This document shows positions 7,858 to 15,491 of a stretch of DNA of 60,175 nt, one piece after another. The notes below the pieces were generated by a model. That model saw only the letters and a list, made by a program, of their open reading frames with translations, ran no database searches and had not been told where the DNA came from. Location: the IMG/VR virus record IMGVR_UViG_3300045988_134226. The stretch is one strand, 5' to 3'. Each line of letters starts with the position of its first letter. Positions within the stretch are counted from its first letter, which is position 1. The stretch is from a virus. The position numbers and the translations under genes were made by a program.

Positions 7858-7917
7858 TTCTGCGTTTTAAGACCGCCGTCTTGTTATGGAATAGGGCTGA
7901 TACGCTCAACCCTTTAG
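7858..7917 (-). promoter_or_regulatory. Conserved two-hairpin RNA element, copy 2
   Basis: One mismatch to copy 1 across the roughly 55-nt core. Same context: after first gene 7928..8182 and before the SD/start of 7431..7847. Confidence 0.7.
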
Positions 7918-7927
7918 AAGCGTTAAA

Positions 7928-8182
7928 TTAAAATCGTTCAAAAACTGTTATACAACAATCATTTGCCAATCCAAACATTATATCTTCAATCTCACAATCT
8001 GTTGTGCTGTGTTCTTTAATATCGGTTGCGATTTTTTCAAGGTCATTAGTAGTTGCGTGTTCCAAACTGTTTACGAAAGTAAGCATATTATCATAGGCTT
8101 CGCAATCGCCGTTTGTGTACCAATTATTTTTAATACATTCTGTTCTTACATCAGACATTGATATTTTTCTTGTTTCTTTCAT
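7928..8182 (-). CDS. hypothetical acidic protein (first gene behind operator promoter C)
   Basis: 84 aa with SD AAAGGAAT. Confidence 0.65.
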   Translation of the reverse strand: MKETRKISMSDVRTECIKNNWYTNGDCEAYDNMLTFVNSLEHATTNDLEKIATDIKEHSTTDCEIEDIMFGLANDCCITVFERF

Positions 8183-8230
8183 AATCTTTAATTCCTTTCT
8201 TTGAGGTCTTTTCCCTTACCTCTTGTCTGT

Positions 8231-8259
8231 ATTGTACTACTTTTGTAGTACAATTTCAA
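8231..8259 (-). promoter_or_regulatory. Early promoter C with a perfect palindromic operator
   Basis: On the minus strand: TTGAAA, 17 nt, TACAAT. The perfect 22-bp palindrome TTGTACTAC-TTTT-GTAGTACAA lies at 8232..8253. Confidence 0.7.
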
Positions 8260-8329
8260 GCATTTTTCCACAATTTCCAACATTTTGTAACTTTGCACAA
8301 AAGCCATACTATTTATCAAGCCTTTTTTG

Positions 8330-8358
8330 TGTATTTTGTACTGCAAAAGTAGTACAAT
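8330..8358 (+). promoter_or_regulatory. Divergent promoter C' with an operator copy
   Basis: On the plus strand: TGTATT, 17 nt, TACAAT. The palindrome TTGTACTGC-AAAA-GTAGTACAA at 8336..8357 has one mismatch. Confidence 0.5.
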
Positions 8359-8427
8359 GATATTGAAAGAGGATAGCAATGTATTATTTGCTATAATCTA
8401 ATTAACATCACATAAAGGGTGGTTAAT

Positions 8428-8682
8428 ATGGTACTAAATCAAAAACAACTTATTGAGTATGCTATCAAGGGTGTAAATGCCGACATTGGTAAAATTGAGC
8501 GGTCTATCAGGAGGGGCGAAAACTTATTACTTGCTATTGAAAAAGGTATTGCACAAACTAACAAAACACCATTAGAGGTTAAACAATCTATTCAAAAGAA
8601 AAAAGCAGAGGTTGAGCATTTAACATTTACGGTTATGAAATTAAAATGGGAATTGTCCGAGTTAGAGGAAAAAGAGCAATAA
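8428..8682 (+). CDS. hypothetical coiled-coil protein (lone plus-strand gene)
   Basis: The track ORF starts at 8419. ATG at 8428 has SD AAGGGTGG. Flanked by operator promoter C' and a bidirectional terminator. Confidence 0.65.
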   Translation: MVLNQKQLIEYAIKGVNADIGKIERSIRRGENLLLAIEKGIAQTNKTPLEVKQSIQKKKAEVEHLTFTVMKLKWELSELEEKEQ

Positions 8683-8683
8683 A

Positions 8684-8719
8684 AAAAGAGGGGCTATCAA
8701 TTAAGATAGCCCCTTTGTT
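8684..8719. terminator. Bidirectional intrinsic terminator between convergent genes
   Basis: Stem AGGGGCTATC / GATAGCCCCT (8689-8698 / 8705-8714). An A7 run lies upstream and TTTGTT downstream. Confidence 0.8.
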
Positions 8720-8723
8720 ATGA

Positions 8724-9527
8724 TTATACTCTTTTTGTGAATGCAAGGTTGATATAGCCGATACCTGATTTTAATTTACCCCAGCCGTCCTTTTCTGCAA
8801 CGATTGTGTAAACTTCATTGCGGTGTACGGTGGTTTTTAGCTTGTACTTCATTCCTGCGCCTGCTCTTACATTAAGTGTAGTTGCATTGATTTTGACCTT
8901 ATAAGGAAACTTTGACTTTGTTTCTGTCTTTGTGGCAGTTTCCTTTTTCTGCTCTTTCAAGCCCCTAACACTTGCGATTGCCTTTGCGATTGCTTCACCG
9001 CATTTCTTTTGTCCTGCGGAAGTTTTGACTTTTACAAGGTCGCTGTCAGTATCAATAAACACCGTTTCAACAAGAACGGCACACGGCTTTGTACTGCGAA
9101 TAATTCCAAAATAGTCATTGCCATTTGAGCCGAGTTTTGTTTTTGCCCCTCTATTCTTAACATCAAAGGTGCTTGCAATGTTCTTAGTAATTGTTTCGGC
9201 GTATTTCTTGCCCCTTTCACTTTGGTGGTGGTAGTAACATTCTGTACCTGTTCCGCCACCTGCGTTAAGGTGAATTTCAGCGATAAAGTCGTATGTATCG
9301 TCTTTAAGCTTATTAATACGCTCTTGCAAGGATAAACCGCCGTCATAGTTCATCAAGTCGCAATGTTCGGCGTAATGCTCGTTATAATACTTTTGAGCAT
9401 ACTTGCCGATTTCCTTTGCTATTTTAAACTCGTGATACTTTTTATCCTTTGATACTGCACCGCTGTCGTAACTCTTGCCGTCGTCTGCTGTACCGTGTCC
9501 GATTGTAATAATAATCTTTTTAGCCAT
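8724..9527 (-). CDS. Endolysin: N-acetylmuramoyl-L-alanine amidase (Amidase_3-type) with a C-terminal SH3-like domain
   Basis: ITIGHGTADDG.., AEIHLNAGGGTGTE and VLVETVFIDTD motifs. C-terminal LNVRAGAG..GWGKL is SH3-like. ATG at 9527 has SD GGAGGA. Confidence 0.85.
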   Translation of the reverse strand: MAKKIIITIGHGTADDGKSYDSGAVSKDKKYHEFKIAKEIGKYAQKYYNEHYAEHCDLMNYDGGLSLQERINKLKDDTYDFIAEIHLNAGGGTGTECYYHHQSERGKKYAETITKNIASTFDVKNRGAKTKLGSNGNDYFGIIRSTKPCAVLVETVFIDTDSDLVKVKTSAGQKKCGEAIAKAIASVRGLKEQKKETATKTETKSKFPYKVKINATTLNVRAGAGMKYKLKTTVHRNEVYTIVAEKDGWGKLKSGIGYINLAFTKRV

Positions 9528-9801
9528 TTGCTTTGTCCTCCGTATCATCATTTACTTTCGGTGCTTGATAATTTAAGGCGTTTTTGCTGTCGCCTATTCC
9601 GTCTGTTGTTGGGTCAACTACAACACCAAGAACAACAAGAATATTAACTAACAAGCCGATAGTATTTATAATCTCGTCCTGTGATACAGTAGGCACAACG
9701 CCGAACAAGCCCAAAAGCTGATACACAAAAGTAACGCAAAGAGCAATTAAAGTTACAAGAGTTGTTTTATTCTGTAATCTCAATTTCCAATTAATTTTCA
9801 T
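9520..9801 (-). CDS. Holin (phi LC3 / holin_4_1-like)
   Basis: MKINWKLRLQNKTTLVTLI.. is followed by two hydrophobic helices and VDPTTDGIGDS. ATG at 9801 has SD GAGGTG. Confidence 0.75.
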   Translation of the reverse strand: MKINWKLRLQNKTTLVTLIALCVTFVYQLLGLFGVVPTVSQDEIINTIGLLVNILVVLGVVVDPTTDGIGDSKNALNYQAPKVNDDTEDKANG

Positions 9802-9811
9802 TTTTAGCACC

Positions 9812-10462
9812 TCACTTTAAATATTCGCTTGCTACATATCCTGTATAAGACTTGTATTTTACTTTCGCCCAACCGTGACCGTTTTTGCTTCCGCAATTCT
9901 TATTGATAACATCAACGGTTGCGCCGTTTGGGATAGTGGTAACTACTCCTGCGGTTGTACCGATTTTTGAGCGCATAGTTAAACCACCGTTAGCGTCAAC
10001 GGTGGCTTTTGTTGTAGTTACCTTTTTAGTTGTCTTAATTTTTCTTTGGTCTTTGGGTCTTAACACACCGTAAACGGCTCTATAAGAGTGCTTAACCTTT
10101 TTCATTTCCTTACTGCCCCAATTTTGGTCGTAAGTATAGAAATAAGATGTGTTGCCCTCGCCTGTTGCAATAGCGATATGTCCGCAATCGTTTTTACTGC
10201 TTATATCGCCGTTCCAAACAACAATATCACCCTTTTTCGGTACAAAATCGGGTGTGTTCTTGATTTTGGTAAATTTGCTTTTCAATGCTGAATGGCTGTT
10301 AAAACTCAACCAATAATCTTTTGCGTTGCCCCAAGCGCCTGCCTTAATTCCAAAAACGGAATAAAGATATTGCTTTGCTAAATCGACGCATTGAACGCCG
10401 CTTACCTTGTCATAGTCCGTTTTCTTACCTAAAAACTTTTTTACAAATTCGTTATAATTCAT
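9812..10462 (-). CDS. Second endolysin: CHAP-domain peptidase/amidase with a C-terminal SH3-like domain
   Basis: GVQCVDLAKQY (Cys) and CGHIAIATG (His) mark the CHAP domain. The C-terminal GWAKVKYKSYTGYV is SH3-like. Confidence 0.8.
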   Translation of the reverse strand: MNYNEFVKKFLGKKTDYDKVSGVQCVDLAKQYLYSVFGIKAGAWGNAKDYWLSFNSHSALKSKFTKIKNTPDFVPKKGDIVVWNGDISSKNDCGHIAIATGEGNTSYFYTYDQNWGSKEMKKVKHSYRAVYGVLRPKDQRKIKTTKKVTTTKATVDANGGLTMRSKIGTTAGVVTTIPNGATVDVINKNCGSKNGHGWAKVKYKSYTGYVASEYLK

Positions 10463-10474
10463 ATTGCTACTTCC

Positions 10475-10780
10475 TTATAAAACATTTGCAAGTATAGCAC
10501 CAATAACCGCACCTATTACCGTTGTAATAACACAACCAATAACAAGTCGCTTATAGTGCTTGTATTCCTCTGTCGGCTCGTGTTCAAGCCTTTCAAGGCG
10601 TTCACCTTGTTTTTGTTGTTCCTTTGCAATATATTCTACATTAAAACTGACTGTTTTAATTTGTGTAGTTAATTCTATCAATATTTCGTCAGTTTTTTCT
10701 CTTTTATCCATACGGTGTTTTAGGCTTTTAATTTCGTTTTCGTGGTCGGTAAACTTGATTGCGATTTCTTCTGCTGTCAC
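10475..10780 (-). CDS. xhlA: XhlA-like lysis-associated membrane protein
   Basis: Coiled-coil N-terminus plus a C-terminal TM helix (LVIGCVITTVIGAVIGAILANVL). GTG at 10780 has SD TAAGGAGGG. The track start at 10810 lacks an SD. Confidence 0.65.
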   Translation of the reverse strand: MTAEEIAIKFTDHENEIKSLKHRMDKREKTDEILIELTTQIKTVSFNVEYIAKEQQKQGERLERLEHEPTEEYKHYKRLVIGCVITTVIGAVIGAILANVL

Positions 10781-10793
10781 ATTTCCGCCCTCC

Positions 10794-13433
10794 TTAATAT
10801 TCATAGACACAACGCAAAACTACATCGTTTCGCTCGTCTTTATCGTTGTTGAAACTTCCTTTGATACAATTATCGTGAATATAAATACTCTTGATAATAC
10901 GGCGTTCTGTGTCAACATCATTTACATTACTGCCCATATATCTCGGAATATCACAATAGAACGCTTTACCGCCCCAAGTTCCGCCTGTCGGGTTGTGCTT
11001 CGGTATCATTGTTGTAACAAAGTCGCTGTCGTTTGCTTTCTTTGTGTCTTTGTCGTAATCACTCCAAAGTAAAAGCCAACCGTTACGGCACTCGGATAAC
11101 TTCTTTGACGGTGTAACTGTCTGCGGTGTGCTATTAGGACTTGACATATAAGCCGCTCCTGTCCAAAGCGGTGCAGGTGACGCTTCAAATATAGCTTTCC
11201 AATCTCGCCAAGTACCATTATCAACATAGCCTGTGTAAACACTACCTCTACCGCCAAACGCCATTACCCAACCGTACTTTGCTGAACCTGTCTTATGTAC
11301 CATAAAACGGAACGACTCAATACTGTTCGGGTTATTTGTTGTGCCGATTGAAGCATAAGCAGTTGTCATTCCTGAACCAAGAGCCTTAATTTTTGCAACA
11401 ACATCTTGATTAGCCCAACTAACCTCTACATCACCGTCGTCCGCTGTCATTTGCAACGATTTAGCAATATAAGCGGAATTATGATTGTGATTTGTGTTTG
11501 ACTTACCTGCAAGTGCTGTATTGATAACCTTGTTTTGTACGGGGTTGGTACTTGAAGCACTCAACGCTGTATCAACGGTTGTCTTGTTTGCACCTGTTGC
11601 AATGCCGTTAAGTTTTGTTTTATCCTCTTTACTCATAAAGCCGTTTGCAGTAGTTGAAGCGGCACTATGGGTATGTCCTGTATTGGCTTTACCGCTTAAC
11701 GCTGTTGCAAGCCCTGTCACATCACTTTGAGCGTGTGTATGTGCTGTCGGTGCCATACTTGTAGGTTTATCCGACAAATCGTTATAACTGCCTGATGTGG
11801 CTACATCTGCAAGCCCTGTAATCATACTTGCAGGGTGTGAGGTCGGGTGAGTGTATTTATTCGCACCTGTCGCAATTCCTGCAAGTTTGGTCTTTTCGTT
11901 AGTTGTATAATCGTTTGTTGAAAGTCCTTTACCTGAAACCTTGTCAACCTTATTACCCAAAGCCGAATTTACAGTTTTGTTTTGAACAGGATTTGTGCTT
12001 GTGCTTGACATTGCGGTGTCAACTACTGTTTTATTTGCTCCTGTGGCAATTCCGCTCAATTTTGTTCTTTCGTCAGCCGTCATAATCTTTTTAGCGGTTG
12101 TTTCCGAAACATCATCAAGTGAATGTGTGTGACTTGCGGAAGCCTTACCGCTCAAAGCCGTGTCAAGACCTGTGATGTCGCTTGTAGCGTGAGTGTGTGA
12201 AGCGTTAGCCTTATTGCCTAATGCTGTTGCAAGTCCTGTTATATCGCTCTGTGCGTGGCTGTGAGTAGCGTTTGCTTTGCCACTTAAAGCGGTTGATAAG
12301 CCTGTAATATCGCCTTGTGCGTGAGTGTGTGTGCTGTCTGCCTTGCCTGCTACTTCCGTTTCAAGTGCTTCAACATCATCATTTGTCGCATACTGTGAGT
12401 GAGTATGATTTGCGTCTGCTTTTCCTGCAAGCTGTGAAGCTGTTGCAAAGTATGTAGTATCGTGACCGTCAAGCATATCTGCGTCAAGTCCGCTGTTTTG
12501 ACCGTCAACAGTCTTTAACTTTGTCAATATCTCGCTTGCTGTGATTACTGCACCGCTCTCGCCTTTGTCGCCTTTCTCACCTTTGTCACCCTTGTCGCCT
12601 TTATCGCCCTTTGCTCCTTTAAGGCTTGCTACCCAATCGGCTTGTGTTCCAACAAAGCCATTATCAAGGGCAATTTGATAAGCACTTTTACCGTCTTGAC
12701 CGTCTGCACCTGTTGCACCTGTGTCACCCTTAACGCCCTGAATACCTTGTATTCCTTGTTCGCCTTGCTCACCTTTGTCGCCCTTGTCACCTTTTGCACC
12801 TTTTAGGCTTGCAAGTTGTTCCGCTGTAAAATCGTCATAAGTGAATGGGTCGCCCTTATCGCCCTTATCGCCTTTGTCACCTTTTGCACCGTCTACACCG
12901 TTAGTGCCGTCTATACCATTAGTGCCGTCTATACCATTAGTGCCGTTTGCACCGTCAGCGCCCTTGATAATTACAGGGGCAGGGTTAGCAAGTCCTTTGT
13001 TGTTGCTCCAAGACAAAACGCCGTCACTTGATACGCTCGGTGTAAAGGTTGCACCGTCCTCACCGTCTGCTCCTGCTGTGCCATTATCCCAAAGTGATAC
13101 CTTTTCGGCTGTGATACTGTCAAGCACGGATTTGTTTGTATGATTGTGTAAGTCAGTTGTATTTGCTTTACCGTTAATATCTGCTTGCAATTCGTCAATT
13201 TTAGCAGATAAAACCTTTCCCGCTCTTTTGTACTGTATTTCATCAGTTGAACCAACCCAATAGTGAACATCACTAAAACCTGAGCCGTCAGTATTGTATA
13301 CCATTCCTACAAGATTACCGCTTGTGTATTCACTTTCGGTGATTTCTATGTAATATTCATTTGTGATTGTTGTAGCACTTGAAATTAATTCAATAACTTC
13401 GAGATTGGTATTAAGATGTGCATAATACTTCAT
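10794..13433 (-). CDS. Tail fibre with collagen-like G-X-Y tracts and repeated HxH motifs
   Basis: 879 aa. Three Gly-X-Y blocks (GADGANGTNGIDGTNGIDGTNGVDGAKGDKGDKGDKGD..), eight HxH motifs in roughly 22-aa repeats (..HTHAQGDITGLSTALSGKANAT..) and a globular C-terminus. Confidence 0.85.
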   Translation of the reverse strand: MKYYAHLNTNLEVIELISSATTITNEYYIEITESEYTSGNLVGMVYNTDGSGFSDVHYWVGSTDEIQYKRAGKVLSAKIDELQADINGKANTTDLHNHTNKSVLDSITAEKVSLWDNGTAGADGEDGATFTPSVSSDGVLSWSNNKGLANPAPVIIKGADGANGTNGIDGTNGIDGTNGVDGAKGDKGDKGDKGDPFTYDDFTAEQLASLKGAKGDKGDKGEQGEQGIQGIQGVKGDTGATGADGQDGKSAYQIALDNGFVGTQADWVASLKGAKGDKGDKGDKGEKGDKGESGAVITASEILTKLKTVDGQNSGLDADMLDGHDTTYFATASQLAGKADANHTHSQYATNDDVEALETEVAGKADSTHTHAQGDITGLSTALSGKANATHSHAQSDITGLATALGNKANASHTHATSDITGLDTALSGKASASHTHSLDDVSETTAKKIMTADERTKLSGIATGANKTVVDTAMSSTSTNPVQNKTVNSALGNKVDKVSGKGLSTNDYTTNEKTKLAGIATGANKYTHPTSHPASMITGLADVATSGSYNDLSDKPTSMAPTAHTHAQSDVTGLATALSGKANTGHTHSAASTTANGFMSKEDKTKLNGIATGANKTTVDTALSASSTNPVQNKVINTALAGKSNTNHNHNSAYIAKSLQMTADDGDVEVSWANQDVVAKIKALGSGMTTAYASIGTTNNPNSIESFRFMVHKTGSAKYGWVMAFGGRGSVYTGYVDNGTWRDWKAIFEASPAPLWTGAAYMSSPNSTPQTVTPSKKLSECRNGWLLLWSDYDKDTKKANDSDFVTTMIPKHNPTGGTWGGKAFYCDIPRYMGSNVNDVDTERRIIKSIYIHDNCIKGSFNNDKDERNDVVLRCVYEY
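12540..12960 (-). repeat. Coding tandem repeats (9-bp and 18-bp units) encoding collagen-like tracts
   Basis: For example, accattagtgccgtctat occurs twice in tandem with a degenerate flanking copy near 12897-12950, and ggcgacaa/ggtgacaa 9-mers occur at 12550-12610 and 12770-12880. Confidence 0.85.
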
Positions 13434-13501
13434 TACTTATTAAACCTCCTTTCTGTTGGTGGATTTTGTCTTTCGTTGAATGATTGTTTTACTTTTCTCA
13501 T
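13433..13501 (-). CDS. 22-codon leader mini-ORF coupled to the tail-fibre start
   Basis: SD TTAGGAGG, then 8 nt, then ATG. Encodes MRKVKQSFNERQNPPTERRFNK. Its TAA overlaps the fibre ATG (TAATG). Confidence 0.3.
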   Translation of the reverse strand: MRKVKQSFNERQNPPTERRFNK

Positions 13502-13530
13502 AGTAAAAACCTCCTAAAATTCAAATACAA

Positions 13531-13552
13531 AACACGCCGATTAAGGCGTGTT
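13531..13552 (-). terminator. Intrinsic terminator between the two fibre genes
   Basis: Minus-strand AACACGCC-UUAAUC-GGCGUGUU followed by UUGUAUUUG. Confidence 0.65.
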
Positions 13553-13558
13553 AAATGT

Positions 13559-14851
13559 TTAACGGTACAATATTTGAATGTGTGTATCATCAAGCCTTTT
13601 CATTACTCTATAACCTGTATCGGCTTTTGTTGCCTTGCCACCGTCAGCCACCTTGCAATATCCATTGACTACACAAGTGCCGTCGTCAACAATAATCAAT
13701 TTACCCATAAGACCAACGCAAGCCCATTCTTTCCTAAACTCACGGCTTGTGTATTCTTCATCAGGGTTATAGTCAGGGTTTACAACAAGTCTTGTAATAG
13801 TGTGTGCAGGAATGACCTCGCCTGTTTTATCGTCTGTGTTTTCGGGTACTTCTACTGTTTCTGTGAGCGGTTGACCGAACACATCTTTTTTATACATTCC
13901 GTGCCAATTTTCCGACTGAACATCACCAACAACAGAGGGGTTAGCTGAAATTACACCAAGAATATAATCATCATTAGCGTTTGCAAGTCTTATCTTGTCA
14001 CCGTCTAAAGTAACAAATAAACCTCGTCTATCCTCACTGTTTTTATTGCCGTCTTGCCACTCAAAATATTCTGCGTAATCTGCCCCACTTGAACCAAAGG
14101 AAGATGTACCCATACATTTGCCGTCTGCTCTAATTCTAAATGCGTTTGCTTTTACTGTTTGTGTGCCATTTCCGATAATAAAAATAGAATTATCGGCTGA
14201 TTGGTCGTCTTGGTCTGTGCAACCTGTTTTTTCTGCGTTGTGTTTTCCTGTAACAAATTGATAAGCATTTGCTAATGTGGCATATCCTCCTGCGTGAGAA
14301 TAATCACCGAATGCTTGTGTACGAAAACCCTCTGCGTGGGAACTTCGACCACTTGCCGTTGTGTATGAACCCTCTGCGTGGGAACTTTGACCACTTGCCG
14401 TTGTTTTCCAACCCTCAGCGTGGGAACACGCACCGCTTGCGGTTGTAGCACGTCCTTCTGCGTGTGAATAATTACCGCTTGCAGTTGTACTGCTTCCCTC
14501 TGCGTGAGAATAATCACCGCTTGCAACATTTCCGTCGTTTATATTGGTAGTTTTGTCAGTACTTCTATTTCTGTAATCGTTAAAAATCTCTGCTCCCTCA
14601 CCTGCTACAGCAGTTGTTTCTGTTCCTTCATCTACGATTACCGTTTGTCCTGCTAACGATTTGCCGACTTCCGATTTTTTTACAACTTCTGTTTGCAGTT
14701 CAGTAAGGCAAATGCCGTACTTATTGAACATATAATTAAAGATAGGTGCAGGCGGTTTATATCCTGCTTGAAAGCCGTTTGTTTTGAGCGTTTCGCTCGG
14801 TGCAGTACCCTTATTAGTCCATAAGGGCGGTGCTGTAAATGTTGTTGCCAT
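13559..14851 (-). CDS. Tail fibre/appendage protein with YadA-head-like (Hep_Hag-type) repeats and a C-terminal intramolecular-chaperone-like domain
   Basis: 430 aa. Six 14-aa repeats (YSHAEGSSTTASGN, YSHAEGRATTASGA, ...). The downstream ADYAEYFEW region resembles Peptidase_G2/IMC domains (from memory). Confidence 0.75.
   Translation of the reverse strand: MATTFTAPPLWTNKGTAPSETLKTNGFQAGYKPPAPIFNYMFNKYGICLTELQTEVVKKSEVGKSLAGQTVIVDEGTETTAVAGEGAEIFNDYRNRSTDKTTNINDGNVASGDYSHAEGSSTTASGNYSHAEGRATTASGACSHAEGWKTTASGQSSHAEGSYTTASGRSSHAEGFRTQAFGDYSHAGGYATLANAYQFVTGKHNAEKTGCTDQDDQSADNSIFIIGNGTQTVKANAFRIRADGKCMGTSSFGSSGADYAEYFEWQDGNKNSEDRRGLFVTLDGDKIRLANANDDYILGVISANPSVVGDVQSENWHGMYKKDVFGQPLTETVEVPENTDDKTGEVIPAHTITRLVVNPDYNPDEEYTSREFRKEWACVGLMGKLIIVDDGTCVVNGYCKVADGGKATKADTGYRVMKRLDDTHIQILYR
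14280..14530 (-). repeat. Roughly 42-bp coding tandem repeats (about 6 units)
   Basis: Recurring ctctgcgtgggaac..ccacttgccgttgt units encode the xSHAEGxxTTASGx repeats. Confidence 0.8.
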
Positions 14852-14863
14852 ATTTTATACCTC

Positions 14864-15490
14864 CTAAATCGGTAAAATTATTTCGTTATCTTCACTACTC
14901 AAAGCACCAAAATAACCGCCTATTGTTCCGCCCTCGACATCACAAAAGCCTGCTGTTTCGTCTTGTTCGTTTTCGCTTGCTGAAAATTCAAAAGTTCCCT
15001 CATATATTGAATTAGCTGAAAGAACAATACCAACAGGCATAAGGGTTTGAACAAGTTGATTAAATTGTTTTACGGTAAATTCTGCATTGATAATAGCGTT
15101 CAACGGTGCAATTATGGTTACTTCGCAAGGGTTAGTTGCTTCCGTAATATGTATTTGTGATTGCTCGCAATTAAGAATTGCACATAAAGCGTCTGCAATG
15201 CTCTTATTTGAGCCATTCGCAAGGTTACGCATAATTCTTGTCTTAATCAATAAAATGTACTGCTCGTCAGTTGCAAGTCCTCTACTTTGCCCTACAAGGT
15301 CGCCGTAAAGGTCAAGCGTTGCGCCTTTTGCATTATTTAAGTTTAAAGAGTTTTCAATACTGATTAAACATTCCCTAAATGCTTCAACGTTTTTGTCCGA
15401 CAATTCAAGTAGTTTATAATTGTTGCTTGTTTTATCCTTGTTATAGCAATCGGGTAAATTGTTGATGTGATTTTCTTGAAATAGTTTCAT
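14864..15490 (-). CDS. Baseplate/tail protein, XkdU (DUF2313)-like
   Basis: 208 aa. Position is directly after baseplate J. The NAKGATLDLYGDLVGQSRG motif is typical of this family (from memory). Confidence 0.6.
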   Translation of the reverse strand: MKLFQENHINNLPDCYNKDKTSNNYKLLELSDKNVEAFRECLISIENSLNLNNAKGATLDLYGDLVGQSRGLATDEQYILLIKTRIMRNLANGSNKSIADALCAILNCEQSQIHITEATNPCEVTIIAPLNAIINAEFTVKQFNQLVQTLMPVGIVLSANSIYEGTFEFSASENEQDETAGFCDVEGGTIGGYFGALSSEDNEIILPI

Positions 15491-15491
15491 A

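Noticed and set aside
8188-8379. 63-aa minus-strand ORF in the 8183-8427 gap
   Set aside because: It spans the divergent promoters and both operator palindromes, and it has no SD. The region is better explained as regulatory.
12540-12960. Short tandem DNA repeats as a CRISPR array or non-coding VNTR
   Set aside because: The repeats are in frame inside the fibre gene and encode Gly-X-Y collagen-like tracts. There is no repeat-spacer architecture anywhere in the window.
10794-14851. A diversity-generating retroelement acting on the fibre genes
   Set aside because: No reverse transcriptase ORF exists in the genome, and no template/variable repeat pair is visible.
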